NCBI GenBank assembly: GCA_965202815.1
Contig: CBDBCD010000002.1
Coordinates: forward strand, 1,798,638 to 1,830,637
From: Dehalococcoidia bacterium
GTDB lineage: Bacteria > Chloroflexota > Dehalococcoidia > Lucifugimonadales > UBA1123
DNA: 32,000 nt
Direction: 5' to 3'
Shown here piece after piece: positions 16,484-24,767 of this stretch. A model generated the notes under the pieces. That model was not told where the DNA came from, made no database searches, and saw nothing but the letters and a program-made list of their open reading frames with translations. The position numbers were made by a program, and so were the translations under genes. The stretch's first letter is position 1. The number at the start of each line of letters is the position of its first letter.

Positions 16484-17737
16484 TTGGCTGCCAGCGTCAA
16501 CCAGTTCCAACCCCCGCCAAGCCTGCCGCCGCCGCGCTCCGAGACCGGAGCGGTCGGCTGGATGCGCGCCAACCTGTTCAGCACTTGGTACAACGGGCTT
16601 CTCACTGTCATACTCATGATAATTCTAATCGCGGCAGTGTGGTTCGGCGGCAAGTGGACTGTCACCGACGCCGACTGGACGGTCATCGGCGTTCTGGGCG
16701 GCCAGATGGTCATAGGCCAGTACAACGTCGAGTCGTCCTGCCCGGGCCAGAACTGCTTCTGGAGGCCCCAGGCCAGTCTGATCCTGGTAACGGTCCTGCT
16801 CGGAATGGGCTGGGCCATAGCCGGTGGAGGTGTCGCCAAACGCATTGCGCTCGGGGCGGCAATCGTGTCGGCGGCCTTTGCGCTGCTGCCATACAGTTTC
16901 GAGGAGATGGGCATAGATGTGCGCCTGTTGTTGGTGGCGAACCTGCCCGCGGTCTTCGCGGGATGGGCGCTCGCGCGATACACCCCTCTCGGAACTCCGA
17001 AGTGGGTGGGAATTCTGGCTGTCGTATTCTTCCTGCTTACACTCGTTCTTCTTCGCGGGATAGAGGGCGTGCCCGGTATGCAGCCCGTATCCGTCATACA
17101 CTGGGGCGGAATAACCCTGAACATCCTGCTTGCGGTGGCGGGTATTACGCTCAGCCTGCCTATCGGCATCGCGCTCGCGCTGGGACGGCGCAGCAATCTG
17201 CCCGTCGTCAAACTGCTCTGCGTGGTGTTCATAGAGGTATTCAGGGGCGTGCCTCTGATAACCCTGCTGTTCATGTCGCAGGTGCTGGTGCCGCTCGCTT
17301 TTCCGGAGGACCTGAAGCCGAACTCGCTGCTCCGCGCCGCCATCGTGATCACACTCTTCAGCGCGGCGTACATGGCGGAGAACATCCGGGGCGGCTTGCA
17401 GGCTCTCCATCCCGGGCAGGAGGAGGCGGCGCGAGCGCTCGGACTTCCCGGCTGGCAGACGACGCTGTTCATCTCGCTGCCCCAGGCGATCAGAAACGTC
17501 ATACCCGCCATAGTGGGGCAGTTCATAGCGCTGTTCAAGGACACCAGCCTCGTTTACATCATCGGTATGCTGGACATCGTTGAGATAAGCCGGGCGTTCA
17601 TACAGGGCAACACCGAATACCTGTCCAGCGCGAAGGAACTGTTCATATTCCTCGCGCTGGTCTTCTGGGTATTCACCTACACTATGTCGTATGTGAGCGG
17701 ACGGGTAGAACGCTACCTGGGCGTGGGTCAGCGCTGA
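16484..17737 (+). CDS. aapM: amino-acid ABC transporter permease (AapM/BztC-like)
   Basis: TTG at 16484, or ATG at 16562. WMRANLFSTWYN N-terminus. EAA loop AENIRGGLQALHPGQEEAARALGL. Confidence 0.85.
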   Translation: MAASVNQFQPPPSLPPPRSETGAVGWMRANLFSTWYNGLLTVILMIILIAAVWFGGKWTVTDADWTVIGVLGGQMVIGQYNVESSCPGQNCFWRPQASLILVTVLLGMGWAIAGGGVAKRIALGAAIVSAAFALLPYSFEEMGIDVRLLLVANLPAVFAGWALARYTPLGTPKWVGILAVVFFLLTLVLLRGIEGVPGMQPVSVIHWGGITLNILLAVAGITLSLPIGIALALGRRSNLPVVKLLCVVFIEVFRGVPLITLLFMSQVLVPLAFPEDLKPNSLLRAAIVITLFSAAYMAENIRGGLQALHPGQEEAARALGLPGWQTTLFISLPQAIRNVIPAIVGQFIALFKDTSLVYIIGMLDIVEISRAFIQGNTEYLSSAKELFIFLALVFWVFTYTMSYVSGRVERYLGVGQR

Positions 17738-17777
17738 CGCCGCATGATAAGTCAGTGAGTTCAAGAGAGGTTGCGCT

Positions 17778-18536
17778 ATGACTACCAACGGAACACAGGC
17801 AGAGTCCGAGAGCGTCATCGTTTGCCGCGACGTGCATAAGTGGTTCGGCGACTTCCACGTCATCAAGGGGATCTCCACCGATATATACAAGGGCCAGGTG
17901 GTCGTAGTATTCGGGCCGTCGGGATCGGGGAAGTCCACCTTCATCAGGATGCTCAACCGGCTGGAGGAGCACCAGCGGGGACAGATAATCATAGACGGCA
18001 TTGAGCTGACCGACGACATCAGGAACATCAACGCCATACGCCGCGACGTGGGAATGGTCTTCCAGTCATTCAATCTCTTCCCTCACCTGAGCGTCCTGAG
18101 AAACATAACGCTCGGTCCCACACAGGTCAGGAAGATGCCGCAGGACGAGGCCGAGGAAGCGGCTCACCAACTTCTGGAACGCGTGGGAATTTCCGAGCAG
18201 GCCGAGAAGTACCCCGCCGAACTTTCCGGCGGTCAGCAGCAGCGAGTAGCCATAGCCCGCGCGCTCGCGATGCAGCCCAACATCATGCTCTTCGACGAGC
18301 CGACCTCGGCGCTCGACCCCGAGATGATCAAGGAAGTGCTGGACGTCATGCAGGAGTTGGCCAAGTCCGGCATGACGATGGTGGTCGTCACCCACGAGAT
18401 GGGATTCGCCCGCGAGGTCGCCGACCGCATGATCATGTTCGACGAGGGAATCATCGTAGAGGAAGGCCCGCCCGAGCAGATCTTCGAGAACCCGCAAAAT
18501 GACCGCACGAAGCTGTTCCTGTCACAGATACTATAG
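17778..18536 (+). CDS. aapP: amino-acid ABC transporter ATP-binding protein
   Basis: Walker [11 protein letters not shown]-loop, signature [15 protein letters not shown], Walker [14 protein letters not shown]-loop VVTHEM. Confidence 0.95.
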   Translation: MTTNGTQAESESVIVCRDVHKWFGDFHVIKGISTDIYKGQVVVVFGPSGSGKSTFIRMLNRLEEHQRGQIIIDGIELTDDIRNINAIRRDVGMVFQSFNLFPHLSVLRNITLGPTQVRKMPQDEAEEAAHQLLERVGISEQAEKYPAELSGGQQQRVAIARALAMQPNIMLFDEPTSALDPEMIKEVLDVMQELAKSGMTMVVVTHEMGFAREVADRMIMFDEGIIVEEGPPEQIFENPQNDRTKLFLSQIL

Positions 18537-18553
18537 GCAGTTGGGAGAAACCT

Positions 18554-19591
18554 ATGCGATTTGGCTCGATGGTATTCCCTGTAAGCCATGAACCGGACAA
18601 CGACGCCGATGTAATCGCCAGCACGCTGGCCGAAATAGAACTCCAGGACAAGATGGGCTTCGACGCCGCCTGGCTCACCGAACACCACTTCGATGGCGCC
18701 TGCGCCTACGTGGACCCACTCGTCTTCGGCGCCGCCGTCGCGTCCAGGACGACCCGAATCAAGATCGGCTTCGCGGTCGTCGAGATGGCCTTTCATCACC
18801 CCGTCCGTCTCGCCGCCCAGACCGCGCTCCTGGACAACCTGAGCCGCGGAAGGCTCATCGTGGGCGTCGGACGCGGGTCGGCCTTCAACACCTACGAATA
18901 CATGGGTTTCGGCATTCCAATGGACGAAGGCCCCGACAGGCTGGCGGAGGCCGAAGAACTGCTGGTGAAGGCTTGGACAACCGACAACCTGCGGCACGAA
19001 GGCAAATACTGGGACGTGGAGTTCCCCCAGCTGAGGCCGCAGCCCTACCAGAAGCCTCATCCGCCCCTGGTGCGCGCCTGCATAAGCGAAGCGTCCACGC
19101 TGGCGATGGGACGGATAGGCCGTCCAATCCTCATGGGAGTGCAGGAGCCGGAGGTGTTCGTATCCCGTATGAGCGGGTACAGGGACGAAATGGCGAAAGC
19201 GGGCTTCGACGAGGACACAATCGAGGCGACCCTGGACCAGTGCTGGTTCTCCAAGAACGTATTCGTCGCTGAGACCTACGAGCGCGCCAGGGAACTGTGC
19301 GAGCCCGGCTTCCACAGGGAGCGCAAGCACTTCCGCGAGGCGCGCGAGATCTATAACCCGGAGGGATTCCCCCCGCTCGACCCGACCAAGCCGCTTCCGG
19401 CCGGCGAGGACTTCGAGAAGGCGTGCATCGTCGGAACGCCGGACCAGGTGTCGGAACAGATAGCCGAACTGCGCGTCGTCGGCGTGCGCAACCTCATGAT
19501 GAAGATGAACATAGGCGAGATGGACACGAACGGCGTGCAGAACTCCATCCGGCTGTTCGGCGAGAAAGTGATGCCCCAGTTCAGTTCCTAG
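18554..19591 (+). CDS. LLM-class flavin-dependent oxidoreductase
   Basis: MRFGSMVFPV...GFDAAWLTEHHF...RLIVGVGRGS is luciferase-like TIM-barrel motif order. Starts 18 nt after the ATPase stop, with RBS gggaga. Confidence 0.85.
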   Translation: MRFGSMVFPVSHEPDNDADVIASTLAEIELQDKMGFDAAWLTEHHFDGACAYVDPLVFGAAVASRTTRIKIGFAVVEMAFHHPVRLAAQTALLDNLSRGRLIVGVGRGSAFNTYEYMGFGIPMDEGPDRLAEAEELLVKAWTTDNLRHEGKYWDVEFPQLRPQPYQKPHPPLVRACISEASTLAMGRIGRPILMGVQEPEVFVSRMSGYRDEMAKAGFDEDTIEATLDQCWFSKNVFVAETYERARELCEPGFHRERKHFREAREIYNPEGFPPLDPTKPLPAGEDFEKACIVGTPDQVSEQIAELRVVGVRNLMMKMNIGEMDTNGVQNSIRLFGEKVMPQFSS

Positions 19592-20439
19592 GCCAAAACC
19601 GCCTCCGCTATCTGATCGAGTTGGGCGAATGTGGCGTCTTTCTCAGCCGTCTCCACCCGTATCATCACCCGGTCCGCCCCGGCCTCGAACAGGCTCGACA
19701 CCAGTTCCCTGTCCGCCGGCTGTCCGAACACCGAGATGTTTATAGACTCCGGGTCCCGACCCGCCTCGGACGCCAGTTCGTTCAGCTTCTGCCGACCCGC
19801 GCTGATGTCTTCCGGCGTAACGCGGTTGGGCATCCACCCGTCGCCCCACTCCACCACGCGCTTGAACACGTTGCGCGCCATTCCGCCCAGATACACCGGC
19901 GGATGCGGTCGCTGCGTGGGCCTCGGGAACGAGTACACCGCAGGGAAGTCGTAGTAGTTGCCGTGATACTCGCTCTCCACCTCGGTCCAGAGCGACTTCA
20001 TAGCCAACACCGACTCCTTCGTCTGCGTCCAGCGATGGGCGAAATCGCCGCCCATTATCTCGGTCTCTTCTTTGTGCCAGCCCGCTCCGATTCCGAACAG
20101 GAACCTGCCGCCCGAGTACATATCCAGCGTCGCCACCTCTTTGGCGAGCAGCAGCGGATTGCGCTCCGGCACTAGGCAGATGCCCGTCCCCAGCTTCATC
20201 GCGCTCGTAACCGCCGACGCCCTGCCCAGCGCGACGAACGGGTCAACGATGTCCGCGTACACCTTCGGGATGACGCCGTCCGCCGAACTCGGCCATGGCG
20301 AACTCGCCTTCACCGGCAGAATCGGATGTTCAGGCACCCACAGCGACTCGAAACCGATCTCCTCGGCCCTCTTCGCAAGTACCGCTATGTCAACCGAGTA
20401 GTCGGTCGGAAAGGTGGAAATACCGATATTCATTCGCAA
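19588..20439 (-). CDS. LLM-class (probably F420-dependent) oxidoreductase
   Basis: MNIGISTFPTDYSVDIAVLAKRAEEIGFESLWVPEHP...GGRFLFGIGAGW. Cofactor assignment is inference. Confidence 0.8.
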   Translation of the reverse strand: MRMNIGISTFPTDYSVDIAVLAKRAEEIGFESLWVPEHPILPVKASSPWPSSADGVIPKVYADIVDPFVALGRASAVTSAMKLGTGICLVPERNPLLLAKEVATLDMYSGGRFLFGIGAGWHKEETEIMGGDFAHRWTQTKESVLAMKSLWTEVESEYHGNYYDFPAVYSFPRPTQRPHPPVYLGGMARNVFKRVVEWGDGWMPNRVTPEDISAGRQKLNELASEAGRDPESINISVFGQPADRELVSSLFEAGADRVMIRVETAEKDATFAQLDQIAEAVLA

Positions 20440-20527
20440 ATCTCCTGTATTGGTTCTTAGGGACGGACTGTCCCAATTCTACGCGCGGTCTATTTCCCTT
20501 ACAACCTCTTTATCGGGACGCCCGCAG

Positions 20528-21340
20528 ATGCTAACCTCAATGGCACATGGAAATGCGAGGGTCAAGGTGGAAGTATCTCCAAACATACATATAGCCCCCA
20601 GCGCGAGATGGTCCAGGGTTTACCTGATCGTCGGCGAAACCCTGACTCTCGTTGACTCCGGCCTCCCCTGGCGTCCGCGAGGGATCCTCAACTACATCCG
20701 CTCCATCGGCAGGCGACCCGACGAGTTGAAACACATCCTCGTCACCCACAGCCATCCCGACCACACAGGCATGACATCGGCTCTGGCGAAGGCGACTGGC
20801 GCGGCAGTCGTGGTTCACAGATCCGATACCGTCCGGCTGCCAGATAACCGTCTCGCCCTGGGCTACGCGGGACTGCTGGGCAGAGTGGCGTCTCCGATTC
20901 CGTTCTTCAGCCGGGTGGGTGTCAATACACTGGTCGAGGACGGCGACACCCTGCCGCTTCACGGCGGCATCAGGGTCATCCACACCCCCGGACACACACG
21001 CGGCAGCGTCTGCTTCCTCTTGGAAGAGAACAAAATCCTGTTCTCGGGAGACACCATCTTCAGCGACGGCAATCACCTCAGCCGGTCGGTGCCGTTCCCC
21101 GGCTACGACCGTGACGACTACATACGCTCCCTCAAGCGCCTGTCCGAGTTCGAGTTCGAGGGCGTATTCGGAGGACATGGCTCGCCTATGCTCGAAGGTG
21201 GCAGCCACGTTCTCAGTCAACTGCTTGAGTCCTACCCTGAACCGCCCACCTGGGGAGACTTCTTCGGCAGCATACCGAGACGCCTCAAACGCTCCTTCCC
21301 CATTACCGGCGAATACCACGTCAACCCCCGCCGCAAGTAA
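20528..21340 (+). CDS. MBL-fold metallo-hydrolase
   Basis: HILVTHSHPDHTG (HxHxDH), HTPGHTRGS and GGHG motifs. ATG 20528 or 20540 is preferred, because the track start 20414 overlaps the divergent gene. Confidence 0.85.
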   Translation: MLTSMAHGNARVKVEVSPNIHIAPSARWSRVYLIVGETLTLVDSGLPWRPRGILNYIRSIGRRPDELKHILVTHSHPDHTGMTSALAKATGAAVVVHRSDTVRLPDNRLALGYAGLLGRVASPIPFFSRVGVNTLVEDGDTLPLHGGIRVIHTPGHTRGSVCFLLEENKILFSGDTIFSDGNHLSRSVPFPGYDRDDYIRSLKRLSEFEFEGVFGGHGSPMLEGGSHVLSQLLESYPEPPTWGDFFGSIPRRLKRSFPITGEYHVNPRRK

Positions 21341-21572
21341 CCGCGAGATTTACATAGTCGAAGATACGCTGGCCCTCTTCAAGTGGCTCCGCCGCAAGAC
21401 CTACACTCTCATAAAGACCTTGCCCGAAGAGGCGTGGTCCCACACCGCCTACCATCCCGAAAACGGCGACATGACGCTTGAAGACTGGCTCGACGTGTAT
21501 GCCGCGCACGTCCCTGAACACATCCATTACATGCGCGAGAATTACGAGGTCTGGCTGAAAACAAAGGCCTGA
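21339..21572 (+). pseudogene. DinB-family C-terminal fragment without a usable start codon
   Basis: LEDWLDVYAAHVPEHIHYMRENYEVW resembles the last DinB helix with its His pair. There is no ATG/GTG/TTG after the MBL stop. The upstream in-frame sequence overlaps the MBL gene and looks non-coding. Confidence 0.4.
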
Positions 21573-21610
21573 CCGGGAGACGATTGCGAAAGTCTCCTGC
21601 CCCGCTTACT

Positions 21611-21640
21611 CGTCATTCCCGCGAAGGCGGGGAATCCAGG
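21611..21640. repeat. REP-like GC hairpin element, copy 2
   Basis: cgtcattcccgcgaaggcggggaatccagg. Stem ttcccgc/gcgggga-a. Inverted relative to 5872-5900. Confidence 0.5.
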
Positions 21641-21704
21641 GGTAGGTGGACTGGCGACTGCCGCAATTCCACTTATGTAATTGCAATTTTCCCTCAAAAG
21701 CTGT

Positions 21705-21733
21705 TTGACGCTCGGCTAATCATTCATATATGA
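21705..21733 (+). promoter_or_regulatory. candidate sigma70-type promoter of the tRNA cluster
   Basis: TTGACG (21705-21710), a 16-17 nt spacer, then tatatg/atatga. Lies about 25 nt upstream of the first tRNA, in an AT-rich stretch. Confidence 0.35.
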
Positions 21734-21758
21734 TTTTGGATAGGCTATGACCTTAGGT

Positions 21759-21831
21759 GGCAACGTAGCTCAGCGGTCAGAGCGGGCGCTTCATAAGCGC
21801 TAGGTCACAGGTTCAAATCCTGTCGTTGCCA
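21759..21831 (+). tRNA. tRNA-Met (anticodon CAT; elongator type, could be Ile2), CCA not encoded
   Basis: GGCAACG-TA-GCTC-AGCGGTCA-GAGC-G-GGCGC-TTCATAA-GCGCT-AGGTC-ACAGG-TTCAAAT-CCTGT-CGTTGCC-A. Confidence 0.9.
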
Positions 21832-21929
21832 CTCAACGGCAAAGGCAATGAGAAGAACAGAGCCGTTGGACGGGTTGCGGCGTGAGCGCCGCCGAACGGA
21901 GTCCTTCCCGGCGTAAACCCGGAAAGCCG

Positions 21930-22005
21930 GGGCGGTTAGCTCAGTGGTTAGAGCGCTCGCCTCACACGCGAGAGGTCCGAGGTTCAAATCCTCGACCGCC
22001 CACCA
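21930..22005 (+). tRNA. tRNA-Val (anticodon CAC)
   Basis: GGGCGGT...CTCGC-CTCACAC-GCGAG...ACCGCCC-A-CCA cloverleaf, 76 nt. Confidence 0.95.
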
Positions 22006-22052
22006 CCGGCGACCGGCGGGGACGTGAGTTCAAGGAGCGTATATACACAGGG

Positions 22053-22138
22053 GCCGAAGTGGCGGAACGGCAGACGCGCTACGTTCAGGACGTAGTGCCC
22101 GCAAGGGCGTGTGGGTTCAAATCCCTCCTTCGGCACCA
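22053..22138 (+). tRNA. tRNA-Leu (anticodon CAG), long variable arm
   Basis: GCCGAAG...CTACG-TTCAGGA-CGTAG, variable arm TGCCCGCAAGGGCG, then ...CTTCGGC-A-CCA. Confidence 0.95.
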
Positions 22139-22171
22139 TCTCCAATATCCGTTGTCGTGTCCTGAAAGCGC

Positions 22172-22247
22172 GCGCTTGTAGCTCAGTGGATAGAGCGCAT
22201 CCCTGCGGAGGATGAGGCCGTGGGTTCGAGTCCCACCAAGCGCGCCA
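22172..22247 (+). tRNA. tRNA-Arg (anticodon GCG)
   Basis: GCGCTTG-TA-GCTC-AGTGGATA-GAGC-G-CATCC-CTGCGGA-GGATG-AGGCC-GTGGG-TTCGAGT-CCCAC-CAAGCGC-G-CCA. The loop CTGCGGA places G-C-G at positions 34-36. Confidence 0.85.
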
Positions 22248-22278
22248 CCCGCGCCAAATGCGGCATACTACATTTCAT

Positions 22279-22356
22279 GGGCGGTTAGCTCAGCTTGGTT
22301 AGAGCGTCTGTCTTACACACAGAAGGTCAGAGGTTCGAGTCCTCTATCGCCCACCA
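22279..22356 (+). tRNA. tRNA-Val (anticodon TAC)
   Basis: GGGCGGT...TCTGT-CTTACAC-ACAGA...ATCGCCC-A-CCA. Confidence 0.95.
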
Positions 22357-22416
22357 AGTGCCTGGACGGGTTAGGCTGCGTCCGCGTCCCACGCGGGATA
22401 GTCTGGTCAATCGTAG

Positions 22417-22800
22417 TTACGTTTGCATTATCTGGATCAAGTTGCCGCAGGTGTCGTCAAAGACCGCAACAGTGACGTTGGCCAATTCCGTCGGCTCCAT
22501 CGTAAAGGCTACGCCCAGCGACTTCAGTTTCTCATATTCTGCGCGTATGTCCGTAACGCCAAAGGACGCCGCTGGGATGCCTTGGTCAAATATCCCCTTC
22601 TGATATGTCTGTGATACCGGGTTTTCATTTGGCTCAAGCAGAAGCTCGGTTCCATCTGGGTCATCGGGCGAGACGACGGTAAGCCACTTGAATTGCCCCA
22701 CAGGGACGTCATGCTTCTTTACAAAGCCGAGGGTCTCCGTGTAGAACCTCAGAGCTTCGTCTTGGTCACTTACGAAGACGCCGGTGAGTGTAATGCGCAT
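22417..22800 (-). CDS. VOC-family (glyoxalase/bleomycin-resistance fold) protein
   Basis: MRITLTGVFVSDQDEALRFYTETLGF...TELLLEP...FGVTDIRAEYEKLKSLGV. The size and beta-alpha-beta-beta-beta pattern are typical. Confidence 0.8.
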   Translation of the reverse strand: MRITLTGVFVSDQDEALRFYTETLGFVKKHDVPVGQFKWLTVVSPDDPDGTELLLEPNENPVSQTYQKGIFDQGIPAASFGVTDIRAEYEKLKSLGVAFTMEPTELANVTVAVFDDTCGNLIQIMQT

Positions 22801-22827
22801 ATCTGGTCTCCTTTTCTTTTCATAGTG

Positions 22828-23106
22828 TCACTTGAGCCAGCGGTCCATGACAGTCCTGAGGGGTTCAGCGTTGAAGACAAGCATCCGATACTTGCCACGC
22901 TTCTCTGAGCTTACGAGCCCTGCTTGTTCCAGGAGATCAATGTGCTTGGCCAGGGCCTGTCGGGAGATGGCGACTTCATGCCGCATGATCAAGCGCGCCG
23001 TAAGCTCGTAGAGCGTCTGCTCCTTGCGCTCGGATAGCTCGTCCAGCATCAACCGCCGTGTTGGGTCCGCGAGCGCCTTGAAGATCAGGTCTTTGTACAT
23101 GCGCAT
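22828..23106 (-). CDS. ArsR/SmtB-family transcriptional regulator
   Basis: IFKALADPTRRLMLDELSERKEQTLYELTARL...SRQALAKHIDLLEQAGLV is a winged HTH. ATG at 23106 or 23100. The track start 23163 lies inside the IS terminal repeat. Confidence 0.85.
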   Translation of the reverse strand: MRMYKDLIFKALADPTRRLMLDELSERKEQTLYELTARLIMRHEVAISRQALAKHIDLLEQAGLVSSEKRGKYRMLVFNAEPLRTVMDRWLK

Positions 23107-23149
23107 ACAATACGAAACCACAGGGTTGCATGTCAAGGGGTTATTCCCC

Positions 23150-24376
23150 CAGGGCAATCGCATCTTATTGAGCGAGTACCTTGAGCGGATATTGAGTGTC
23201 CCAACCTGCCTTTTTGCGCTTAGCGGCTATGCCAACTTTGAGAGTTTTCTCCTGTATGAGCATATTCAACGCCATCCGGCGCAGAGCGGCGAGTATCTCA
23301 GCGCTGTTGCCCTTTCTCACTCTGGAAGCGTCCTCTCCAAAGGACACGTCCAGTACCCAGCGCACAGAGTTCTCCACTTCCCAGTGTCCGCGAACGGCCT
23401 CCGGCAGCCGCTCGGCGTCGCCCGGCAGAGACGATATGTAGTAGCGGGTCTGTGAAGACACATCCCCAGGTATGTCGCGCTCGGACTCGACCATAGCCAC
23501 ACTTCTCAGGTTCGACCACTGCTCTCGCTCATTCAGGTAGGATATGAACTCAGGGGACCAGAGCGTTGTGCAGCGTCGAGTCTCCACTCTTCCATGTCCC
23601 TTCTCAACAGTCTCGAACCAGTCTGAGTGAGGGTCGTCAAAGCCTGTCTGTCGTCCATACTCGAACATCTCGGCCACATCGTCGTAGAGTTGGCCCTGGT
23701 TGCGCTTCAGCGACAGAACGTAGTCCGCGCCTCGCTCTGTGATGGTCCGCGCTATGTCCTTCTGACATCCCATCGCGTCTATGGTTGCTATGCAGCCACT
23801 CAGCTCCAGCATCCTGAGCAACTTCGGGATCGCCGTTATCTCGTTGGACTTGTCATCCACCTTGACCTGTCCCAGAACCAGTCTGTTGGCTGACGCCCAG
23901 GCGTTGACCAGATGGATCGCCGACCTGCCCGCTCGCGCGTCGTGAGAACGCCTCACACTCTTGCCGTCTATCGCCACTATCTGACCTTCTGTTATCTCAC
24001 TGACCGACCTGACCCACTGCACAAAACAACTCTGAAACCTCTCAGCATCCAGCATCGAGAACACTCTGCCGAAGGTGTCATGGGAGGGGATTGAGTTTGG
24101 CAGTTCTAAAAAGCCGCTCAACCACTCCTTCCTGGAGTTGCCGAACAATTCCACGTCCACCCAGGAGTCCGCTCCACACACCACGGCGCAGATGGCGATT
24201 GTGATGATGTCTGTCAGGCTGTGTCGCTTGGTTCGGTCTATACGAGGGTCTTCAAGCTCTGAGAAGATACTGATTAGAGAAGCTGTTTGAGTGTCTTCCA
24301 TGAGGCCGCCCCCAATTCTTAGGATGACCTATATTCTATAACCCATAGAAGACCCCGTTTAGATGCGATTGCCCTG
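23150..24376 (-). mobile_element. intact ISAs1-family insertion sequence (1227 bp)
   Basis: Perfect 16-bp terminal inverted repeats: cagggcaatcgcatct at 23150-23165 and its reverse complement at 24361-24376. They enclose a single full-length transposase ORF. Confidence 0.85.
23165..24301 (-). CDS. ISAs1-family (H-repeat-associated) DDE transposase
   Basis: FSELEDPRIDRTKRHSLTDIITIAICAVVCGADSW is the N-terminal signature. DDE region IDAMGCQ...HWEVENSVRWVLDVSFGED. Confidence 0.9.
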   Translation of the reverse strand: MEDTQTASLISIFSELEDPRIDRTKRHSLTDIITIAICAVVCGADSWVDVELFGNSRKEWLSGFLELPNSIPSHDTFGRVFSMLDAERFQSCFVQWVRSVSEITEGQIVAIDGKSVRRSHDARAGRSAIHLVNAWASANRLVLGQVKVDDKSNEITAIPKLLRMLELSGCIATIDAMGCQKDIARTITERGADYVLSLKRNQGQLYDDVAEMFEYGRQTGFDDPHSDWFETVEKGHGRVETRRCTTLWSPEFISYLNEREQWSNLRSVAMVESERDIPGDVSSQTRYYISSLPGDAERLPEAVRGHWEVENSVRWVLDVSFGEDASRVRKGNSAEILAALRRMALNMLIQEKTLKVGIAAKRKKAGWDTQYPLKVLAQ

Positions 24377-24449
24377 CCAAAAGAGCAGATTGCAAAAGTC
24401 CGGCGCTGTTTCACATAGTGTAGCCAATGTTGTCGAGTGCTCTATCGTC

Positions 24450-24767
24450 TCATGTTGACAGACTGATATCAGGCGAGGACGTCGCAGACCACCGCCATGA
24501 AGTTGAGAGCGCCCGGGTCGCTCTTCCCACACCGGCGGGTTTGGCCGTCATCGTCTTATGGCAACTCTTGCGCCGATAGCGCTGAGTCCGTATCTCTCTG
24601 ACCGATATGTCCACGGTCTTGCGGTCCTTGGCTTTATCCCACTTGTGAAATCCCTCGCTTCCGCATCTTGTACACCGACCGGGCGGCGCCGGTTGGGACT
24701 CGACCTGGATGTTGGCGGTCTTTATGATGAACACTGGCGAGACTCCTGTGAATTGGTCTTGTGTCAA
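24450..24767 (-). pseudogene. transposase N-terminal zinc-ribbon fragment (ISL3- or IS1-like), remnant
   Basis: CTRCGSEGFHKWDK...RYRRKSCHKT resembles a CxxC...CxxC transposase zinc ribbon with one Cys replaced by Arg. No catalytic domain follows. TTG start. Confidence 0.4.

Noticed and set aside
15515-19330. Long antisense ORFs across the ABC/LLM operon (15515-16510, 16426-17544, 16625-18073, 18233-19330, all minus strand)
   Set aside because: Each overlaps a plus-strand gene with unmistakable ABC or LLM motifs. Their translations are Arg/His/Pro-rich and match no family I recognise.
20537-21319. 260-aa minus-strand ORF opposite the MBL hydrolase
   Set aside because: It is a shadow ORF. The HxHxDH motif clearly defines the plus-strand frame.
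21759-21831. tRNA(CAT) considered as initiator tRNA-fMet
   Set aside because: Positions 1 and 72 form a G-C pair, and the anticodon stem lacks the three consecutive G-C pairs of initiators. It is elongator Met or Ile2.
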